This document shows, piece after piece, positions 59,889 through 64,000 of a stretch of DNA of 64,000 nucleotides; positions within the stretch are counted from its first letter, which is position 1, and each line of letters begins with the position of its first letter. A program made the translations under genes and the position numbers. Location: IMG/VR virus record IMGVR_UViG_3300026521_000466, positions 1-64,000 of that record. The stretch is one strand, 5' to 3'. The DNA comes from a virus. The notes beneath the pieces were generated by a model. It saw nothing but the letters and a program-made list of their open reading frames with translations. It did no database searches and was not told the origin of the DNA.

Positions 59889-60401
59889 TTACCAACTTAC
59901 TTTGGTTGCTCTCTTTGTTATATTAATAGGTTTATTGGACTTAGTATCCGGAATTACCATATTTATATCTTTGCTCATCTTCTTAAATTGGAACATAATA
60001 TTTGGAAGACTATTTTTATTCAACTCAAACACTTCTTCTGCAAATGCAAACATTAACTCCTTTTCTTCCACGGAGCGTGTTGATGTATTGACCTCATACT
60101 CAGATGCGCCAACGGCATATTCCTTATACTTTTTCAGTAGTCGATAAATTGTATCAAAGTCCTCTTTCTTATATAATGATATCCCAAACCCGTCCATGGC
60201 ATGCTTGGCAATATTGTATAGGGTCATGCCATAAACTTCCAGATCCATTGAAGTATCTACTTCAGCGCCATCGATTACCGAAGTACATACAGGAAACTCT
60301 TTTCTTTCATATTCACTATATTTCAATATAGCAGGTGCATTAACGATAAACATTTTATTATGTATTTCATCCATCACCCTGTCATAATTACGATCAAACA
60401 T
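59889..60401 (-). CDS. conserved phiKZ-like hypothetical protein
   Basis: 170 aa, coupled to the upstream structural gene. Confidence 0.55.
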   Translation of the reverse strand: MFDRNYDRVMDEIHNKMFIVNAPAILKYSEYERKEFPVCTSVIDGAEVDTSMDLEVYGMTLYNIAKHAMDGFGISLYKKEDFDTIYRLLKKYKEYAVGASEYEVNTSTRSVEEKELMFAFAEEVFELNKNSLPNIMFQFKKMSKDINMVIPDTKSNKPINITKRATKVSW

Positions 60402-61551
60402 TTGTCCAGTACTCCCTTAATAGAATCATTATGATTGGTCCATAATGGTATTTATCCATATCATCCATTGTGTAATAATCTTCAACTAGAGAGAAAAGAA
60501 GATCTCCATCCAATGCATTATATTCAATATAATCCATTACCAATTTCTCAATCCCATCGACCGCATCCCCGTTGTAGAATGCTTCGCTAAACAGATATTT
60601 TTCCGTATCAATGTATGAAGATGTATATTCCCCATCTGCTCGTATGATTTTATTCGGCATTCTATCAATTACAGTCATGAGCCTTACTGCATATGGATTT
60701 GAATTGTATGGATTATTATCTATATACCCAACACTCTCCATAGAGTTGAATAGGTGTATATCCCTCTCTTCTATTAAAGAAATTGGTGTTATATAGTTAA
60801 CCTCTTTATTTCTATATAGATGAAAATACTCCCCTGCTATAGAACCAAAAAGATTATTGATCTCATAGTTGAAATAAATATTGTCTTCAAAAGTCACCCA
60901 TAGGTAGTTTTCTTCAGATTTAAATCTTCTTATAAAATCTCTTTTTATATTATGAAATGTCTTTTTGGCATCGAATATTGAAGCCTGTTCTTCTGTAGTG
61001 ATGATTGGTTTTTCACCAAGAGTATCTACGTTATTATAGACAAACTCTTTTACCACTCTATTTTCTAATACTTCAAATTTTACAGGGTCCAGCACTTGAT
61101 ATGTATCAAGATGGTAAACTATCTCATATATAGTATTACTTACGTATGTTCTTTTTGTATGTTCTGTTATTACGAACATCGCACGTTTGCCTTCTGCAAT
61201 ATCTACAATGAAAACATCTCCGATATTTGGTATAACATGAAGTAAGTTTGCTGCACCATTTATATTGTCTGGAGAATCCATATTAATAGGTGTGGTTACC
61301 TTTATCTCTAAATCACTGTATTTGTAATACTGCTGCTCGCCATCAGGTAGTGATGGATCGAGGTTATGGGCTTGGTCATTACTGGTCAATACTTGACGAT
61401 AATAATCCACGGTCCAGTTTTTTCCTTCGATGTACTGTACACCGTTTACATTTATCTCTTGTTCCTCTGTCACAACCTGTCTTTCCAAATCTTCTTCAGG
61501 TTGGTGATCAGGAATTTCGAGATTAGAGCCTATGTCTGTTGCTAACATCAT
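60394..61551 (-). CDS. putative neck/head-completion virion protein (phiKZ gp99-like)
   Basis: YIEG..WTVDYYRQ, PNIGDVF, YLFSEAFY motifs. Confidence 0.6.
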   Translation of the reverse strand: MMLATDIGSNLEIPDHQPEEDLERQVVTEEQEINVNGVQYIEGKNWTVDYYRQVLTSNDQAHNLDPSLPDGEQQYYKYSDLEIKVTTPINMDSPDNINGAANLLHVIPNIGDVFIVDIAEGKRAMFVITEHTKRTYVSNTIYEIVYHLDTYQVLDPVKFEVLENRVVKEFVYNNVDTLGEKPIITTEEQASIFDAKKTFHNIKRDFIRRFKSEENYLWVTFEDNIYFNYEINNLFGSIAGEYFHLYRNKEVNYITPISLIEERDIHLFNSMESVGYIDNNPYNSNPYAVRLMTVIDRMPNKIIRADGEYTSSYIDTEKYLFSEAFYNGDAVDGIEKLVMDYIEYNALDGDLLFSLVEDYYTMDDMDKYHYGPIIMILLREYWTNV

Positions 61552-63026
61552 TTATCCTTTAACATGGCCAGTATATGACTGGTCAATACTGTTTTCATTA
61601 TCGGAGTATTTTTAAATATACACTCTGAATATATATCATATATAAAGAAACTATCCAAGATCATCAGATGCCCCTCTTCATATACTATGTTTGGTCTATC
61701 GCTGTTAATAAGTTTTTTCATTACATCTACTCTGAAAGCTTTATACCGTTCATAAGCAGGTCGTTTAAGAAACCCTATATCTGTAACTAGACCTATGCCT
61801 ATTCTATAGATAGCATTTAAATCTAAATCATCTACCGCAGACACTATTAGATCATCATTTATCTCTAGTGGAATGCCTGACAGACGATTGTCTTTAAATA
61901 ACATTACCTGTATAATAGATTCACCTTCATTTACTATGGCATTTCCTTCTCCCCTAATGAATTCAAGCACATCATCTGTAAACTGAATATCTCCCAGATT
62001 TTTCAAGTCTATCAGAGATTTACTGTCACTTGGACTCAACAAGGTAAGTCCGCACAGTATAGTGTTTATAAACGGATGTCTTTCAACATTACTGTCAACA
62101 TCATTTTCAGGCAATCTTATATATTTATTTGCCATAATATTATTGATCACTCTATTGAATAGAGATTCACTAATATTAAACCGTGACATTTCACTAATCA
62201 TTGTGCCAGGGCTATCTTTTTCATAAGATGTGTCTTCTGGTATCAATGCTTTTGGCAAGAATTGGTTTGCAATAACGTAATTATAGAATATATCAACATA
62301 CATAAGTTTACTATACTCTATCTCATATGAGAAATCAATAGTGTAGTAACCAGTCTCCTTATTAAACTCTATCTTCGGTTCTCTTATGTCTTTAAAAATA
62401 CCATTGATATTATTTATAGTTGTTGAATATGTCACGTTTACAGGGCGACCACTATTATCATATGTTAATTCCAAACCATTATCGGATATAGATGAAAGGA
62501 ATTCTAATAGCTCCATATTAATCAAATTATAATTTGTTCTGTATTTATGGATAAATAGTATCAGGTAGGAGATGGTGTTGTTTAAGTAATAGATATACTT
62601 TGAATGGTGGGTCAATCTGAATCCCTCCATGGCTACACGATATAACCTATCTGCTATTTCATTTATTACGGTTCGTGATTTTGAAATCACTTTAAAATTT
62701 AACTCCATTTTATACTGTATATAGACAGGTTTTACAGTTAAATCCCTATCTTGTATAAACGGTTTGTTTGTATTATAGGCAGGCATAAAATATAATGGGT
62801 CTTCAGAAGGACTTTCCTCATAGTAGACATCTATTTTATTTGCTCGTATTTCGTTATCTTTTTTATATTTCAATAGATACTTTTCATTTTTAAAATCACT
62901 ATTGTCATATACTAAGTCTACTGCATTAGTGAAATGCAGTAGCTCTCGTACATTATCCATTACTCCTAGAGCAATGGTGTGACTAATAGTTTTATCAGTT
63001 GCGGGTAGTGTTTCACGTATTATCAT
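61548..63026 (-). CDS. putative virion structural protein (phiKZ gp98-like)
   Basis: 492 aa in the structural operon; family assignment recalled and from synteny. Confidence 0.55.
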   Translation of the reverse strand: MIIRETLPATDKTISHTIALGVMDNVRELLHFTNAVDLVYDNSDFKNEKYLLKYKKDNEIRANKIDVYYEESPSEDPLYFMPAYNTNKPFIQDRDLTVKPVYIQYKMELNFKVISKSRTVINEIADRLYRVAMEGFRLTHHSKYIYYLNNTISYLILFIHKYRTNYNLINMELLEFLSSISDNGLELTYDNSGRPVNVTYSTTINNINGIFKDIREPKIEFNKETGYYTIDFSYEIEYSKLMYVDIFYNYVIANQFLPKALIPEDTSYEKDSPGTMISEMSRFNISESLFNRVINNIMANKYIRLPENDVDSNVERHPFINTILCGLTLLSPSDSKSLIDLKNLGDIQFTDDVLEFIRGEGNAIVNEGESIIQVMLFKDNRLSGIPLEINDDLIVSAVDDLDLNAIYRIGIGLVTDIGFLKRPAYERYKAFRVDVMKKLINSDRPNIVYEEGHLMILDSFFIYDIYSECIFKNTPIMKTVLTSHILAMLKDK

Positions 63027-63283
63027 ACAGCCACTCCCTCATTGACAAAGGCTAATGAGTGGCCATACAACATTTCATAAATATTGATGTCATCTTTATT
63101 AGTGGTCAATTTATTGGTATCAGGAACATAAGTTATATCATTTGAAAGATTTAAGATTGTGTCTCTACCCATTCCCATAGAGACAAGCTCAAATGCATTA
63201 TTTTTAATATGGAATAGATTTAAATCCACACCTAAGGAAAATGATATCTTTTTCATTGTTGACTCTATTGTTACACTTTTCAT
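63023..63283 (-). CDS. hypothetical protein
   Basis: 86 aa; AGGAG RBS. Confidence 0.6.
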   Translation of the reverse strand: MKSVTIESTMKKISFSLGVDLNLFHIKNNAFELVSMGMGRDTILNLSNDITYVPDTNKLTTNKDDINIYEMLYGHSLAFVNEGVAV

Positions 63284-63361
63284 ATATTGCTCCTGTTAGT
63301 AAAATCATTAAATTAAAGGTGTTTATTTTTTATTGATACTTATATATAAAAGGAAAAACCT

Positions 63362-64000
63362 ATGTTAAAACTACATATCGATGCCTATACTGATATGAAT
63401 CTTGAAGATTCCATGTTTATCGACATAAAACGACTCTCAAAAATGAATAACCATATATTCCAATCTTTATCTGCTAAGTTATATAAATTGTTCAATTTCA
63501 AAGAACATTTGGATAACCTGATAAAAGATGATATGCTCATCGGACTTATGACTGCGGCCAAGAATGAAAAGCTGTTTATTGCTAAGTATGACGAAATAAA
63601 AGATGAAAGTATCCCTGTCCCTATGGGATTCAACGGTAACTTAATTGGAATTACCGGAGTAATTGATAAATACTTCAGAGATTATCTCACTATGTATGAA
63701 GAGAGAATGACTACTTTCAATCAGGAACTTTCTGAATTTATCAACAGCAAAGATGCAAGAACAAAATTGGTATTCAGCTATGATAATACTGATCTAAAGA
63801 AACATTTAATTAAGATGGATAAAGAGATACATGACCAGCTGACAAAATATAAAAGTCCAGTGGCCACTGTAGGTGATCTTTTTGTAAGTAAAAAAGGGTT
63901 TGGAGAAGTAGTAAAAAACCTAACACCATCTATGAGGTATATTAACAGTAAACGTATGAAAGAGTATGTTGGTATGGTACGTGCATTGAATGTAAAGTTG
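63362..64000 (+). CDS. putative inner-head protein, partial (runs off the window)
   Basis: MLKLHIDAYTDMNLEDSMF...PVPMGFNG; AAAGGA RBS; NLE at residues 13-15; TTTTTATTGA upstream. Confidence 0.65.
   Translation, partial: MLKLHIDAYTDMNLEDSMFIDIKRLSKMNNHIFQSLSAKLYKLFNFKEHLDNLIKDDMLIGLMTAAKNEKLFIAKYDEIKDESIPVPMGFNGNLIGITGVIDKYFRDYLTMYEERMTTFNQELSEFINSKDARTKLVFSYDNTDLKKHLIKMDKEIHDQLTKYKSPVATVGDLFVSKKGFGEVVKNLTPSMRYINSKRMKEYVGMVRALNVKL

Noticed and set aside
1-64000. Stop-codon reassignment
   Set aside because: Conserved genes are full length in the standard code, and TAG, TAA and TGA all end genes at sensible positions.
1-64000. CRISPR array, tRNAs, or IS/MITE interpretation of the palindromes
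   Set aside because: No repeated unit with spacers and no cloverleaf was seen. The palindromes share no common sequence or target duplications.
1-64000. Claim that the phage forms a nucleus
   Set aside because: No chimallin or PhuZ gene was recognised in this window; the claim would rest on relatedness alone.

Overview
This AT-rich 64 kb window looks like part of a phiKZ-related jumbo myophage genome (Chimalliviridae-like gene set). Packaging and head genes: terminase large subunit, portal, prohead protease and inner-head proteins. Tail genes: sheath, tube, a 2110-aa tape-measure/tail lysin, and baseplate/spike candidates. Three split virion RNA polymerase subunits are present (gp178-, gp180- and gp149-like). 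DNA metabolism genes: SbcC, SbcD, UvsX/RecA, RuvC and a Campylobacter-type dimeric dUTPase. Accessory genes: a phage GroEL, a DarG-like macrodomain and an HNH nuclease. Chimallin, PhuZ, major capsid and non-virion RNAP were not recognised here, so nucleus formation cannot be confirmed. I saw no tRNA, CRISPR array or intron. Highlights: (1) all nine convergent gene junctions carry a near-perfect palindrome without a U-tract, often built from the stop codons; (2) an apparent N-[L/M]-E head-maturation cleavage code; (3) two candidate phage promoter motifs; (4) a DRDGD RNAP active-site variant; (5) an intact plus a degenerate macrodomain; (6) signs of a Campylobacterota host; (7) four small ORFs missed by the track. 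All family assignments come from motif recognition by eye, not database searches.
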